Below the pieces are notes generated by a model, which saw only the letters and a list, made by a program, of their open reading frames with translations, made no database searches and was not told where the DNA came from. The translations under genes were made by a program, and so were the position numbers. Shown here one piece after another: positions 9,225 through 19,524 of a stretch of DNA of 64,000 nt. Position 1 is the first letter of the stretch; each line of letters opens with the position of its first letter. This stretch comes from Betaproteobacteria bacterium (GTDB taxonomy: Bacteria > Pseudomonadota > Gammaproteobacteria > Burkholderiales > Rhodocyclaceae), in assembly GCA_009779265.1 (NCBI GenBank), contig WREP01000005.1, positions 13,478-77,477 on the forward strand, given 5' to 3'.

Positions 9225-10324
9225 GAGCCGAGCGCCCTTTGCGCCATCGGCAGGGCGAAGAAACGTCGTCGCGCCGCTTCGTCGGAGAAACCTTCCTTCA
9301 GGCGATCGAGGGGGGGCTCTCCGGTCGGTGGTGTTGAGAAGAATGCAATGAGCTTTTCCGCCAACGTTCGGCTGTCGCCAAGTGGGAAGAGGGCGTTGCC
9401 ATCGGCGACAATTTCCGGAGCGCCGCCGCAGTCGGTGGCCATGATGGGTACATTGGCCGCCATGGCTTCCAGCAACACCATGCCGAAAGGTTCGTGGTCG
9501 GAACTGAGGACGAACAGGTCAAAGGCAGCGAACAGTCGTCGTATCTCCGGCACCTGGCCGAGAAATACCACCCGTTCCGCAATGCCCGATGCCTGGGCCT
9601 GTGTCCTGAGGTCGCTCTCCAGCCGACCGCTGCCGGCAATCGCCAGCAGGGTGCCGGGAGGCAGATGCGGCAGGGCTTGGGCAAAGCCGGCCAGCAGCGT
9701 TTTCTGATCTTTGTCCGGGTGCAGGCGGCCGACGTTGCCGATAATTTTGGCGTCTTGCGGTAGGTTCAAGGCGGTGCGGGCGTCTTTTCTGGCAAGAATT
9801 CCCCGCTGGCTGGCTTCGACGTCGATGCGATTGTGCAGGGTTTCGATCCGGTCGGCGGGCCAGTTGGGCAGATAGCGGCGCATGTCGTCGCGCACGGCAT
9901 CCGAGACGCCGAGCAGCGACAGGCGCTGACTAAACCGGTTGACGAACCAGCGCCGCGATGCCCGGTGGAAATCGCCAAAGGAATGATGTACGCCGATGAC
10001 CGGCAGCTTGGTGGCGAGGCAGGCGACGTAGATGGGCTTGGCGCGGTGAGCGATGACCAGGGCGAAATCCCGACTGGCGGTGATTTTACGCAGGGCGCGG
10101 ATGGCCGCCAGCTTGAGGCCGGCAACAGCCTTGCTGGAGAAGCCGAGAAAAATCACCTCATCCGAAGCGCCGTCGTTCTTTGCTGCCTCGGTCGGCTCGC
10201 CGGTCAGGTAGACGGTCAGTACCTTGTAGGGCGAATCCTTGAACAGCGCGGCGTATTGCCGGGCGACATCGAGGAATGGCCCGTAATGGCAGTGGCAGAA
10301 TTGCAGGATCCAGCGTTCGCTCAT
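9221..10324 (-). CDS. Glycosyltransferase family 4 (similar in type to Pseudomonas WapH)
   Basis: VGRLHPDKDQKTLL and SSDHEPFGMVLLEAMA motifs; directly downstream of the carbamoyltransferase. Confidence 0.88.
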   Translation of the reverse strand: MSERWILQFCHCHYGPFLDVARQYAALFKDSPYKVLTVYLTGEPTEAAKNDGASDEVIFLGFSSKAVAGLKLAAIRALRKITASRDFALVIAHRAKPIYVACLATKLPVIGVHHSFGDFHRASRRWFVNRFSQRLSLLGVSDAVRDDMRRYLPNWPADRIETLHNRIDVEASQRGILARKDARTALNLPQDAKIIGNVGRLHPDKDQKTLLAGFAQALPHLPPGTLLAIAGSGRLESDLRTQAQASGIAERVVFLGQVPEIRRLFAAFDLFVLSSDHEPFGMVLLEAMAANVPIMATDCGGAPEIVADGNALFPLGDSRTLAEKLIAFFSTPPTGEPPLDRLKEGFSDEAARRRFFALPMAQRALGS

Positions 10325-10327
10325 GGT

Positions 10328-12076
10328 CTAGGCCGGGGCTTTCACGACCAGCACATCCTGCATGATGAGATATTGCAGGTCGGAGCCGTAGAACATGTTC
10401 AGCGCGTCGGTCGGCGAGCAGATCATGGGTTCGCCGCGGCGGTTGAGGGAGGTGTTGAGCACCACGCCGTTGCCGGTGAGTTTTTCCATTTCCTTCATCA
10501 GGTCGTAGTAGCGCGGGTTGTGTTCGCGCTGCAAGACCTGGGCGCGCGAGGTGCCGTCCTCGTGCACGACTTCCGGCACGCGGCTTTTCCATTCCTCGTT
10601 CACCGCGAAGGTGAAGGTCATGAAGGGCGCCGGGTGGTCGCTGCCGAGCATGTGCGGGCCGACGGTGTCTAGCATGCTCGGGCAGAAGGGTCGCCAGCGT
10701 TCGCGGAATTTGATCTGCTCGTTGATGCGGTCGGCGACGCCGGGGGCGCTCGGGCAGCCGAGGATGGAGCGCCCGCCCAAGGCGCGCGGGCCGAATTCCA
10801 TGCGCCCCTGGAACCAGGCGACCGGGTTGCCGTCGGCGAGAATGCGGGCGATGCGCTCCGGCACGGCGGCGTCGCCGTCGGCGATGACTTCCCATTGCGG
10901 CTTGGCCGGGTGGCGGGCGCAGGCGGCGATGATGTCCTCGTTGCGGTATTCGGGGCCGAGATAGACATGTTCCATTTTCTCGACCGGCACGCCGCGCGCG
11001 ACCGAAAGCCAGGCGGCAGCGCCGATGGCCGTGCCGGCGTCGCCGGAGGCGGGCTGGACGAACAATTCCTTGAGTTCCGGGCGGGCGATGATCTTCTGGT
11101 TGAGCTTGACGTTGAGCGCGCCGCCGCCGGCGAAGGCAAGGCGGCCGGTTTCCCGGATGATGTCGCCGAGGTAATAATCCATCATTTGCAGCGACAAGTC
11201 CTCGAACAGCTTTTGCATACTCGCCGCGTAATGGATGTAGGGGTCGTCGGCGATGTCGCCGTGGCGCATCGGGCCAAGCCAGTCGATCAGTTTGGGCGAG
11301 AAGTAGTAGCCCTTGCCCTGTTCCTTGTAGCGGCGAAAGCCAATGACGTTGGCGTAATCGGTATTGACGATCAGCTCGCCATTCTCGAAGCGGGCGAGGC
11401 GAGAAAAATCATAGCGGGTCGGGTCGCCGTAGGGGGCCATGCCCATGACCTTGTATTCGCCATCGAGCATCTCGAAGCCGAGGTACTCGGTCAGCGCGCC
11501 GTACAGGCCGCCGAGCGAATCGGGGTCGTAAAACTCCTTGATCTTGCGAATCCTGCCCTTCTCGCCGACGCCGAAAAAGGTGGTGGCGTACTCGCCCTTG
11601 CCGTCGATGCCGAGAATGGCCGTTTTTTCCTGGAAGCCGGAGCAGTGGTAGGCGGAGGAAGCGTGCGCCAGATGATGCTCGACCGGCACGATTTCGGTCT
11701 TGCCAAGATCGAAGCCGAGCTGCTGCAAGCACCACTCGATGCGCTTCTTGTAGCGCCGGAAGCGCCGGTTGCCGGTGAACAGCGCGTCGAGGGCGCGATC
11801 CGGCGCGTACCAGTAACGTTTGGCGTAGTGCCAGCGGGCCTTGTCGGCGAGGCTGATGGGGGCGAAGGGAATGGCCACGGCGCTGACATCCTTGGGCCGG
11901 ATGCCGGCGAAATCCAGGCAGAAGCGCGCCGCCTCGTAGGGCATGCGGTTCTTGGCGTGCTTGTCGCGGACGAAACGCTCCTCCTCGGCGGCGGCGACCA
12001 GCTTGCCGTCAATGTAGAGGGCGGCCGAGGGATCGTGCGTCAGGGCGCCGGAAAGTCCAAGAATGGTGAGGGCCAA
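10328..12076 (-). CDS. Carbamoyltransferase, NodU/CmcH family
   Basis: Likely TTG start (LALTILGLSGALTHDPSAAL); AAEEERF, EHHLAHA, DGKGE, EYKVMGMAPYG, EFGPRALG and LNTSLN motifs. Confidence 0.9.
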   Translation of the reverse strand: MALTILGLSGALTHDPSAALYIDGKLVAAAEEERFVRDKHAKNRMPYEAARFCLDFAGIRPKDVSAVAIPFAPISLADKARWHYAKRYWYAPDRALDALFTGNRRFRRYKKRIEWCLQQLGFDLGKTEIVPVEHHLAHASSAYHCSGFQEKTAILGIDGKGEYATTFFGVGEKGRIRKIKEFYDPDSLGGLYGALTEYLGFEMLDGEYKVMGMAPYGDPTRYDFSRLARFENGELIVNTDYANVIGFRRYKEQGKGYYFSPKLIDWLGPMRHGDIADDPYIHYAASMQKLFEDLSLQMMDYYLGDIIRETGRLAFAGGGALNVKLNQKIIARPELKELFVQPASGDAGTAIGAAAWLSVARGVPVEKMEHVYLGPEYRNEDIIAACARHPAKPQWEVIADGDAAVPERIARILADGNPVAWFQGRMEFGPRALGGRSILGCPSAPGVADRINEQIKFRERWRPFCPSMLDTVGPHMLGSDHPAPFMTFTFAVNEEWKSRVPEVVHEDGTSRAQVLQREHNPRYYDLMKEMEKLTGNGVVLNTSLNRRGEPMICSPTDALNMFYGSDLQYLIMQDVLVVKAPA

Positions 12077-12181
12077 GGTCGGGTTCTCTTTGCGGGTAGC
12101 GGGAATCAGGAAGGAAGTATACCCGGCATCGCCAGCCGCCGGCTTGGCCGGCCGCACTGGTTCGGGTTCAGCGGGCCGCCT

Positions 12182-13069
12182 TCAGTAAGGTCTGGCCTCG
12201 CCGAGCGGCCGCGTCTTGAAGCGGCGATGCACCCAGTAATACTGCTCCGGCATGGTGCGGATCATGCCTTCCAGCCAGGCATTCATGCGGGCGGCGTCGG
12301 CTACCGGGTCGCTGCTCGGATAATCGGCCCAGGCTTCGCCGATTTCAACCCGGTAGCCGACGCCGCCCGGCAGCGTGCGGGTGACGCAGGGTAGCACCAC
12401 GGCGCCGGCAACGCGAGCGAGGCGAGGCAGGCCGGTATTGGTGGCGGCCGGAACGCCGAAAAAAGGCACGAAAACCGCGTCGCGGCGGCGGGCGTTGAGA
12501 TCGGGCAGGTAGTAGAAGGGCCGCCCCGACTTCATCGCCTTGATCGTGGCGCGCGTGCCATCCTGGCGCGACAGCAGCAACTGATCGCCAAAACGCTGGC
12601 GGCCGCGCAGCAGCAGGCGGTCGAACAGCGGGTTGCGCTGCGCGGCGTAGAGGGAAACCGAGTCATGGCGCATGGCGATGCCGACGCCGCCGGCATCGAG
12701 GCCGAGAAAATGCGGGGCGAGCAGGATGACCGGGCGGCCGGCGGCCAGTTGCGCTTGCAGATGCTGTTCGCCCTCGACCTGGATCAGCTTTTTCAGCCGT
12801 CGGCTACTACCCCACCAGAGAATGCCGCGTTCGAGAAAACTGCGGCCAAGCGCCTCGAAATGGCGGCGGGCGAGATCGCCGCGCGCCGCCGTGTCGAGTT
12901 CGGGAAAACACCAGAGCAGATTCAGCGCCACCACGGCCCGCCGTTTTTTGCCGATGCGCATCAGCAGGCGGCCCAAGCCGCGCCCGATGGCGGCGAGCGC
13001 GGACAGCGGCAGGAAATGAAGCAGCCAGAGCAGGGCGGCGAGCGGCAGACTGTAGACGGCGCTCAACAT
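12182..13069 (-). CDS. Lipid A late acyltransferase (LpxL/HtrB family)
   Basis: HxxxxD motif (PHFLGLD), PEQYYWVHRRFKTRP C-terminus, N-terminal membrane anchor. Confidence 0.88.
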   Translation of the reverse strand: MLSAVYSLPLAALLWLLHFLPLSALAAIGRGLGRLLMRIGKKRRAVVALNLLWCFPELDTAARGDLARRHFEALGRSFLERGILWWGSSRRLKKLIQVEGEQHLQAQLAAGRPVILLAPHFLGLDAGGVGIAMRHDSVSLYAAQRNPLFDRLLLRGRQRFGDQLLLSRQDGTRATIKAMKSGRPFYYLPDLNARRRDAVFVPFFGVPAATNTGLPRLARVAGAVVLPCVTRTLPGGVGYRVEIGEAWADYPSSDPVADAARMNAWLEGMIRTMPEQYYWVHRRFKTRPLGEARPY

Positions 13070-13221
13070 GCAAGGGGCGACACGGAAGGAAGGGGGGGCG
13101 ACATTGCGGGAGAAGGACGATTGGTCGCGCCGGCGCGGCTGGATGGAAAGGCGGCCATGTTAACGCAAGAGCGGGCGCCGGCCAAAATCCGGGGGGAACA
13201 CCAAAGATCAGCGGCTCGGGT

Positions 13222-13692
13222 TTACTTGAAGAGCGCATGGTGCGCAATGAGAGCCGTAGTCGGGTACGTGAGAGCTACGATGACCGTACAAAAAATACCT
13301 TGCTTTTGCGACAACCACGCTTGAGATGACACCACATACTGAAACCAGATCCACGTGACGGCAAGCAGGACAATCAGACCCGCCAGTGCGGAATGAAGTG
13401 AAGTGGAACTGGCCGCGCCCCAAGTGATACCGAAAATGATGGCAGCCAATACAGCGACGAAAGTACTGGTTGATTGGGAGGTGGAGCCAGCCGGTGAAGG
13501 CCGGGCTACTTCTTCCCAAATGGCTCCAGGCAGGAAGCCAAGCGTCGCGAAGAGGATAGCCTGGAGGCCGTTAAACCAAGGGAAGAAATAAACCAGCAGG
13601 AGCGCTCCGAGGCTGCTGACGGCCAAACACAAAACGATACGCCACCACAGCAACAGGCCACCGACTATACCCGCCACATCGTAGAAGTGCAT
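13222..13692 (-). CDS. Hypothetical membrane protein (156 aa, multiple hydrophobic segments)
   Basis: ATG at 13692, 19 nt after the ahpF stop; strongly hydrophobic; AT-richer than its flanks; no family recognised. Confidence 0.65.
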   Translation of the reverse strand: MHFYDVAGIVGGLLLWWRIVLCLAVSSLGALLLVYFFPWFNGLQAILFATLGFLPGAIWEEVARPSPAGSTSQSTSTFVAVLAAIIFGITWGAASSTSLHSALAGLIVLLAVTWIWFQYVVSSQAWLSQKQGIFCTVIVALTYPTTALIAHHALFK

Positions 13693-13711
13693 AACCGCGA
13701 ATGCAGCCTGC

Positions 13712-15253
13712 CTAACTGCGAACCAGATAATCAAATGCCGACAGCGAAGCGGTGGCGCCGGAGCCCATGGCAATGATGATCTGCTTGTAGGGCGTGATCG
13801 TGCAGTCGCCAGCGGCGAAGACGCCGGGCAGCGAGGTGTGGCCCTTGGCGTCGATGACGATTTCGCCGGAGGGCGAGAGTTCGAGCGCGCCTTGCAGCCA
13901 TTCGGTGTTGGGCAGGAGGCCGATCTGGACGAAGATGCCTTCCAGTTCGAGGCGCTTGATTTCGTTGCTGACGAGATCTTGATAAGCGATGCCGTTGACC
14001 TTCTCGCCGTCGCCGGTGACTTCGATGATCCGCGCCGGTTTGATGACGCTGACGTTGGGCAAACTGTTGAGCTTGTTTTGCAGCACGGCGTCGGCGCGCA
14101 GGGTGTCGCGGCGGTGGAACAGGGTGACATGGCCGACGATGCCGGCGAGGTCGATGGCCGCTTCGACGCTGGAATTGCCGCCGCCGATCATCGCCACCCG
14201 CTTGCCCTTGAACAGCGGGCCGTCGCAGTGCGGGCAGAAGCAGATGCCCTTGGCCTTGTATTCCTTTTCGCCGGGCACGTTCATTTCGCGCCAGCGGGCG
14301 CCGGTGGCGAGAATCACCGTTTTCGATTTCAGGATCGCGCCGCTTTCCAGGTGCACTTCGACCAGTTCGCCCGGCGTCAGTTTGGTGGCGCGTTGCAGGG
14401 TCATCACATCGACGCCGTAGTGTTTGACGTGCTGTTCCAGCGCCGCCGCCAGCTTCGGCCCTTCGGTTTCCTTGACCGAGATGAAATTTTCAATGCTCAG
14501 GGTATCCAGCACCTGGCCGCCGAAACGCTCGGCCAGCACGCCGGTGCGGATGCCCTTGCGCGCGGCGTAGATGGCCGCCGCGGCGCCGGCCGGGCCGCCG
14601 CCGACGACCAGCACGTCGAACGGCGCTTTTTTGCCCAGTTCTTCGGCGGCGCGGGCGGCGGCGCCGGTGTCGAGCTTGGCCAGGATTTCCTCGACCGTCA
14701 TCCGGCCCTGACCGAATTCCGCGCCATTCAGATAGACGATCGGCACGGCCATGATCTGGCGGCTGTTCACTTCGTCCTGGAACAGCGCGCCGTCGATCAT
14801 CGTGCAGCTCACGCCCGGGTTGAGCACGGCCATCAGATTGAAAGCCTGCACGACATCGGGGCAGTTGTGGCAGGACAGCGAAATGAAAGCCTCGACCTGG
14901 AAGCGGCCCGACAAGTTCTTGATCTGCTCGATCAGCGCCGGCTCAAGCTTGGGCGGGTGGCCGCCGGTCTGCAAGAGGGCAAGGACCAGCGAGGTGAATT
15001 CGTGGCCTAGCGGCAGGCCGGCGAAGTGGATGCGCGGCGCTTCGCCGGGGAGGCCGATGGCGAAGGAGGGGCGGCGGGCGGCGTCGCCATTTTCGCGCAG
15101 GCTGATCTTGTCCGACAGGGCGGCGATGTCGGTCAGCAGGCCGCGCATTTCCTGGGCCTTGGCGCTGTCGTCGAGGGAAGCGACGAGTTCGATCGGGCGC
15201 TGCAATTTTTCCAGGTAGGACTTGAGTTGTTCCTTGATGGCGTCGTCGAGCAT
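13712..15253 (-). CDS. ahpF: Alkyl hydroperoxide reductase subunit F
   Basis: N-terminal domain CHNC, FAD motif GGGPAG, CPHCDG redox centre; follows ahpC. Confidence 0.95.
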   Translation of the reverse strand: MLDDAIKEQLKSYLEKLQRPIELVASLDDSAKAQEMRGLLTDIAALSDKISLRENGDAARRPSFAIGLPGEAPRIHFAGLPLGHEFTSLVLALLQTGGHPPKLEPALIEQIKNLSGRFQVEAFISLSCHNCPDVVQAFNLMAVLNPGVSCTMIDGALFQDEVNSRQIMAVPIVYLNGAEFGQGRMTVEEILAKLDTGAAARAAEELGKKAPFDVLVVGGGPAGAAAAIYAARKGIRTGVLAERFGGQVLDTLSIENFISVKETEGPKLAAALEQHVKHYGVDVMTLQRATKLTPGELVEVHLESGAILKSKTVILATGARWREMNVPGEKEYKAKGICFCPHCDGPLFKGKRVAMIGGGNSSVEAAIDLAGIVGHVTLFHRRDTLRADAVLQNKLNSLPNVSVIKPARIIEVTGDGEKVNGIAYQDLVSNEIKRLELEGIFVQIGLLPNTEWLQGALELSPSGEIVIDAKGHTSLPGVFAAGDCTITPYKQIIIAMGSGATASLSAFDYLVRS

Positions 15254-15328
15254 GGGTTTTCCAATCAGGTAAGTCGCTGGACACTGGCCGCTGATCGCGA
15301 TTGATCAACAGCCAGGAGCCAGAAACCG

Positions 15329-15348
15329 GGGCGGACGGGCGTCCGCCC
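15329..15348. other. Hairpin between ahpC and ahpF
   Basis: GGGCGGAC-gggc-GTCCGCCC 8-bp inverted repeat just after the ahpC stop. Confidence 0.5.
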
Positions 15349-15363
15349 TTCAGGTTGTCAGAC

Positions 15364-15927
15364 TTAGATCTTGCCGACCAGATCCAGCGACGGCTTCAGG
15401 GTTTCGGCGCCTTCCTGCCACTTGGCCGGGCAGACTTCGCCGGGGTGCGAGGCGACGTACTGGGCAGCCTTGACCTTGCGCAGCAGTTCGGAGGCGTCGC
15501 GGCCAATGCCCAGGTCATGAATCTCGGCCACCTTGATCTCGCCTTCCGGATTGACCAGGAAGGTGCCGCGCAGGGCCAGGCCCGCTTCCTCGATCATCAC
15601 GTCGAAATTGCGGGTGATGGCGCCGGTCGGGTCGCCGAGCATGAAGTATTTGATCTTCTTGATGGTGTCGGAGGCGTCGTGCCAGGCTTTGTGGGTGAAG
15701 TGGGTGTCGGTCGAGACCGAATACACCTCGACGCCCAGCTTCTGGAACTCGGGGTAGAGATCGGCCATGTCGCCCAACTCGGTCGGGCAGACGAAGGTGA
15801 AGTCAGCCGGGTAGAAAAAGAACACGGACCACTTGCCCTTCAGATCGCTGTCGGAAACGCTGACGAACTGGCCATTGCGATAGGCTTGGGTGGCGAAGGG
15901 CTTGATTTTGCTATTGATGATGGACAT
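15364..15927 (-). CDS. ahpC: Alkyl hydroperoxide reductase subunit C (2-Cys peroxiredoxin)
   Basis: 187 aa from ATG 15927; FTFVCPTE and GEVCPAKW motifs; GGAG ribosome-binding site. Confidence 0.97.
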   Translation of the reverse strand: MSIINSKIKPFATQAYRNGQFVSVSDSDLKGKWSVFFFYPADFTFVCPTELGDMADLYPEFQKLGVEVYSVSTDTHFTHKAWHDASDTIKKIKYFMLGDPTGAITRNFDVMIEEAGLALRGTFLVNPEGEIKVAEIHDLGIGRDASELLRKVKAAQYVASHPGEVCPAKWQEGAETLKPSLDLVGKI

Positions 15928-16007
15928 GTGAGGTTTCTCCAAGTGGTTGGTGGTGGGCTGCTCAAGTGAGACAAGTGCATAGTAGGACCAAGTCAGTAAT
16001 TGCGCCA

Positions 16008-16044
16008 ATTGATTGACTAAATTTTCCGCATAGCAAGCGGCTAT
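16008..16044 (-). promoter_or_regulatory. OxyR-like binding site upstream of ahpC
   Basis: Minus strand reads ATAG-N7-CTAT-N7-ATTT-N7-CAAT; the first half matches the OxyR ATAG-N7-CTAT consensus exactly. Confidence 0.7.
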
Positions 16045-16193
16045 TGCTGGCTGGTCTGGGTTTGAGCATCGGCGCCGGGGGGCGAGACCGAAGTCCTCGT
16101 TTGCCGGCGGGTTCCATCGCCCATATTACCTAATCCAAAAGTGCTATTTCGGCGCTTGCATTGGGACTAGGGTTTATCCATCCACACTTTCAC

Positions 16194-16207
16194 TTGATGC
16201 GTATCAA
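16194..16207 (+). promoter_or_regulatory. FNR/Anr-family box of the nap promoter
   Basis: Perfect TTGAT-gcgt-ATCAA; AATAAT -10-like hexamer at 16231-16236 fits class II spacing. Confidence 0.85.
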
Positions 16208-16287
16208 GTCGTGCCTTCGGCGCGGATGGGAATAATAACGCCCCGTGAGTCCTTGCCCCCCACTGTTTGCGGAAGGAATTAAACCCA

Positions 16288-16551
16288 ATGAACATATCGA
16301 GCGCCATTTTATATGTCGCCCCGGCGCGTCTCGACGAGGCTTGCGCCCTGCTCGGCGCCATGCCCGGCGTGGAAATCCATGCCCGTTCGGCGGCCGGCAA
16401 GGTGGTGGTGACGCTCGATGAGGACGACGCAGAAACGGCCGCGAATCGTTACGTGGCCTTGCATGGTGTACCCGGTGTCGCATCGGTGGCCATGGTTTAT
16501 CAATACAGCGACGACACGTCAGATACAGATACCAAGGAGGTAGAGTCGTGA
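16288..16551 (+). CDS. napD: NapD chaperone for periplasmic nitrate reductase
   Basis: [19 protein letters not shown] and SVAMVYQY; GGAAGGA ribosome-binding site; overlaps the napA start (GTGA). Confidence 0.88.
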   Translation: MNISSAILYVAPARLDEACALLGAMPGVEIHARSAAGKVVVTLDEDDAETAANRYVALHGVPGVASVAMVYQYSDDTSDTDTKEVES

Positions 16552-19052
16552 AACTCAATCGACGGGATTTCATCAAGGCCAATGCGGCGGCGGCGGCCAT
16601 GGCTACTGCCGGCCTGCCGGTCGGTAGCGCCCTCGCGGCGGACGAGATACGCTGGGACAAGGCGCCCTGCCGCTTCTGCGGCACCGGTTGCAGCGTCCTG
16701 GTCGGCACTCAGAACGGGCGCGTCGTCGCCACCCAGGGCGACCCGGACGCCCCGGTCAATCGCGGCCTGAATTGCATCAAGGGCTATTTCCTGTCAAAGA
16801 TCATGTACGGTCACGATCGCCTGAAAACGCCGATGCTGCGCATGAGCGACGGGAAATACGACAAGAATGGCGAGTTCGCGCCCATTTCCTGGAAACAGGC
16901 CTTCGACATCATGGAAGAGAAGGTCAAGGCGACGCTCAAGGCCAAGGGGCCGGACGGTGTGGCGATGTTCGGTTCGGGCCAGTGGGCGATCTGGGATGGC
17001 TATGCCGCCGTCAAGTTCATGAAGGCCGGGCTGCGCACCAATAACCTCGATCCCAATGCCCGTCACTGCATGGCCTCGGCCGTCGTCGGCTTCATGCGCA
17101 CTTTCGGTATCGACGAGCCGATGGGCTGCTACGACGACATCGAGCATGCTGACGCCTTCGTGCTGTGGGGCTCGAACATGGCCGAGATGCACCCGATCCT
17201 GTGGACGCGCCTGACCGACCGCAAGCTGTCGAACAAGCATGTCAAGGTTGCCGTGCTCTCCACCTTCGAGCATCGCAGCTACGAGCTGGCCGACATTCCG
17301 ATGATCTTCACGCCGCAGACGGATCTGGCGATTCTCAATTACATCGCCAATTACATCATCCAGAACGGCAAGGTGAATCAGGCTTTCATCGACAAGAACG
17401 TCAATTTCAAGCAGGGCGAAACCGACATCGGCTACGGCCTGCGGCCGACCCACGAGCTGGAAAAGGGCGCCAGCAACAACGGCTACCCCGGCGAGGACGG
17501 CAAGCCCAAGGGCAACCCGATGGCGGCCAGCGACATCAGCTTCGATGATTTCAAGAAGTTCGTCGCCGAATACACGCTTGAGAAAGTTTCCAAACTGTCC
17601 GGCGTCGCCGCGAAGGATTTGAAGGCGCTGGCCGAGTTGTACGCCGACCCCAAGATCAAGGTCACCTCGTTCTGGACCATGGGCTTCAACCAGCACACGC
17701 GCGGCACCTGGGCGAACAACCTCATCTACAACATCCATCTGCTGACCGGCAAGATTTCCGAGCCGGGCAACAGCCCCTTCTCGCTGACCGGCCAGCCGTC
17801 GGCCTGCGGCACGGCGCGCGAGGTCGGCACCTTCGCCCACCGCCTGCCGGCCGACATGGTCGTCACCAATCCCGAGCACCGCAAGCACGCCGAGAAATTG
17901 TGGGGCCTGCCAGATGGCGCGCTGCCGGAGAAGGTTGGCCTGCACGCCGTCGCCATGCAGCGCGCGCTGAAGGACGGCAAGCTCAATTTCTACTGGCAGC
18001 AGTGCAACAACAACATGCAGGCTGGCCCGAACATCAATGAAGAGATGTATCCCGGCTGGCGCAATCCGGACAACTTCATCGTCGTCTCCGATCCCTATCC
18101 GACCGTCTCCGGCATGGCCGCCGACCTCATCCTGCCGACCGCCATGTGGGTCGAGAAGGAAGGCGCTTACGGCAACGCCGAGCGCCGCACGCAGTTCTGG
18201 CGGCAGCAGATCAAGGCGCCGGGCGAGGCGCGTTCCGATGTCTGGCAGATCATGGAATTCGCCAAGCGCTTCAAGGTCGAGGAAGTCTGGCCGGCCGAAC
18301 TGCTCGCCAAGGCGCCGCAGTTCAAGGGCAAGACCCTGTACGACGTGCTCTTCGCCAACGGCGTGGTCGACAAGTACAAGCTGAGCGAACTGGCGCCGGG
18401 CTTCGACAATGACGAATCGAAGTATTTCGGCTTCTATGTGCAAAAGGGCCTGTTCGAGGAATACGCCGCTTTCGGCCGCGGCCATGGCCACGATCTGGCG
18501 GCGTTCGACCTGTATCACCAGGCGCGCGGCCTGCGCTGGCCGGTGGTCGACGGCAAGGAAACCCTGTGGCGCTTCCGCGAAGGCTACGATCCCTACGTCA
18601 AGAAAGGCGAGGGGGTCAGGTTTTACGGCCACAAGGACGGCAAGGCGGTGATTTTCGCGCTGCCTTACCAGAAACCGGCCGAAGCGCCGGACAATGAATA
18701 CAACCTCTGGCTGTGCACCGGCCGCGTGCTGGAACACTGGCACACCGGCTCGATGACCCGGCGCGTGCCCGAGCTGTACAAGTCCTTCCCGGATGCCGTC
18801 GTCTTCATGCATCCGGACGATGCCAAAAAACGCGGCTTGCAACGCGGCATGGAGGTCAAGGTCAGCTCGCGGCGCGGCGAGATTACGTTGCGCGTCGAGA
18901 CGCGGGGGCGCAACAAGCCGCCGCGCGGCCTGGTCTTCATTCCTTTCTTCGATGCCGGGCGTCTGGTCAACAAGCTGACGCTGGACGCCACCTGTCCGTT
19001 GTCGAAGGAAACCGATTACAAGAAGTGCGCGGTCAAGGTCGTCCGCGCCTGA
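16548..19052 (+). CDS. napA: Periplasmic nitrate reductase catalytic subunit
   Basis: Tat signal RRDFIK; [13 protein letters not shown] 4Fe-4S motif; RHCMASAV Mo ligand; [10 protein letters not shown]-terminus. Confidence 0.97.
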   Translation: MKLNRRDFIKANAAAAAMATAGLPVGSALAADEIRWDKAPCRFCGTGCSVLVGTQNGRVVATQGDPDAPVNRGLNCIKGYFLSKIMYGHDRLKTPMLRMSDGKYDKNGEFAPISWKQAFDIMEEKVKATLKAKGPDGVAMFGSGQWAIWDGYAAVKFMKAGLRTNNLDPNARHCMASAVVGFMRTFGIDEPMGCYDDIEHADAFVLWGSNMAEMHPILWTRLTDRKLSNKHVKVAVLSTFEHRSYELADIPMIFTPQTDLAILNYIANYIIQNGKVNQAFIDKNVNFKQGETDIGYGLRPTHELEKGASNNGYPGEDGKPKGNPMAASDISFDDFKKFVAEYTLEKVSKLSGVAAKDLKALAELYADPKIKVTSFWTMGFNQHTRGTWANNLIYNIHLLTGKISEPGNSPFSLTGQPSACGTAREVGTFAHRLPADMVVTNPEHRKHAEKLWGLPDGALPEKVGLHAVAMQRALKDGKLNFYWQQCNNNMQAGPNINEEMYPGWRNPDNFIVVSDPYPTVSGMAADLILPTAMWVEKEGAYGNAERRTQFWRQQIKAPGEARSDVWQIMEFAKRFKVEEVWPAELLAKAPQFKGKTLYDVLFANGVVDKYKLSELAPGFDNDESKYFGFYVQKGLFEEYAAFGRGHGHDLAAFDLYHQARGLRWPVVDGKETLWRFREGYDPYVKKGEGVRFYGHKDGKAVIFALPYQKPAEAPDNEYNLWLCTGRVLEHWHTGSMTRRVPELYKSFPDAVVFMHPDDAKKRGLQRGMEVKVSSRRGEITLRVETRGRNKPPRGLVFIPFFDAGRLVNKLTLDATCPLSKETDYKKCAVKVVRA

Positions 19053-19083
19053 GTGCCTGAACATGAGCGAAAGGTAAGCAATC

Positions 19084-19524
19084 ATGAGATTCATCACTGC
19101 GCTGACCCTGGCATCCGCCCTGCTCCTGTCCGGAGCGGGTCTTGCGGGCGCCCAGGAAAAACTGCTGTCGGAGCGGGGCGACGTGGCAATTGACGAGGAA
19201 ATGAAGGTGGATATGTTCCGTCCGGAAAAGGATTCGGATCTCATTCCCCGCGATTTCCAGAAGCAGCCGCCGCTGATTCCGCACACCGTCAAGGGCTACA
19301 ACATCACCCAGAACTTCAACAAGTGCATGGACTGCCATTCCAAGGAACGCGCCGAGGAAACCGGCGCCACCCTGGTCGCCAAGTCGCACTACCTGGATCG
19401 TGAAGCCAACAAATTGAAAAACATCTCGCCGCGGCGCTATTTCTGCATGCAGTGCCATGTACCGCAGTTCGACGCCAAGCCGCTCGTCGAAAATACCTAC
19501 AAGCCGGCCAGGAGGGAGGAATGA
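19084..19524 (+). CDS. napB: Diheme cytochrome c subunit NapB
   Basis: Signal peptide; QPPLIPH; CMDCH and CMQCH heme motifs; ISPRRYFC. Confidence 0.95.
   Translation: MRFITALTLASALLLSGAGLAGAQEKLLSERGDVAIDEEMKVDMFRPEKDSDLIPRDFQKQPPLIPHTVKGYNITQNFNKCMDCHSKERAEETGATLVAKSHYLDREANKLKNISPRRYFCMQCHVPQFDAKPLVENTYKPARREE

Noticed and set aside
13693-14130. 302-aa ORF (13222-14130) that looks like an ahpF-overlapping or frameshifted fusion
   Set aside because: The upstream part is an alternative frame within ahpF; ahpF is intact with a normal C-terminus, and the hydrophobic ORF has its own ATG at 13692.
16110-16180. NarL/NarP or ModE sites in the nap promoter
   Set aside because: Only partial heptamer-like matches, without the 7-2-7 or dyad arrangement.
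16548-19052. Selenocysteine-type NapA
   Set aside because: There is no in-frame TGA; the Mo ligand is Cys (HCMAS).
19047-19083. GCCTGA repeated after the napA stop, and a 4-codon ORF before napB
   Set aside because: A 6-bp repeat is expected by chance, and the tiny ORF overlaps neither neighbour.
16794-19292. Very long opposite-strand ORFs (832 aa against napA; likewise 908 aa at 54622-57348 against carB and many others)
   Set aside because: These are antisense shadows of GC-rich coding genes; the translations have no recognisable motifs and the real genes are unambiguous.
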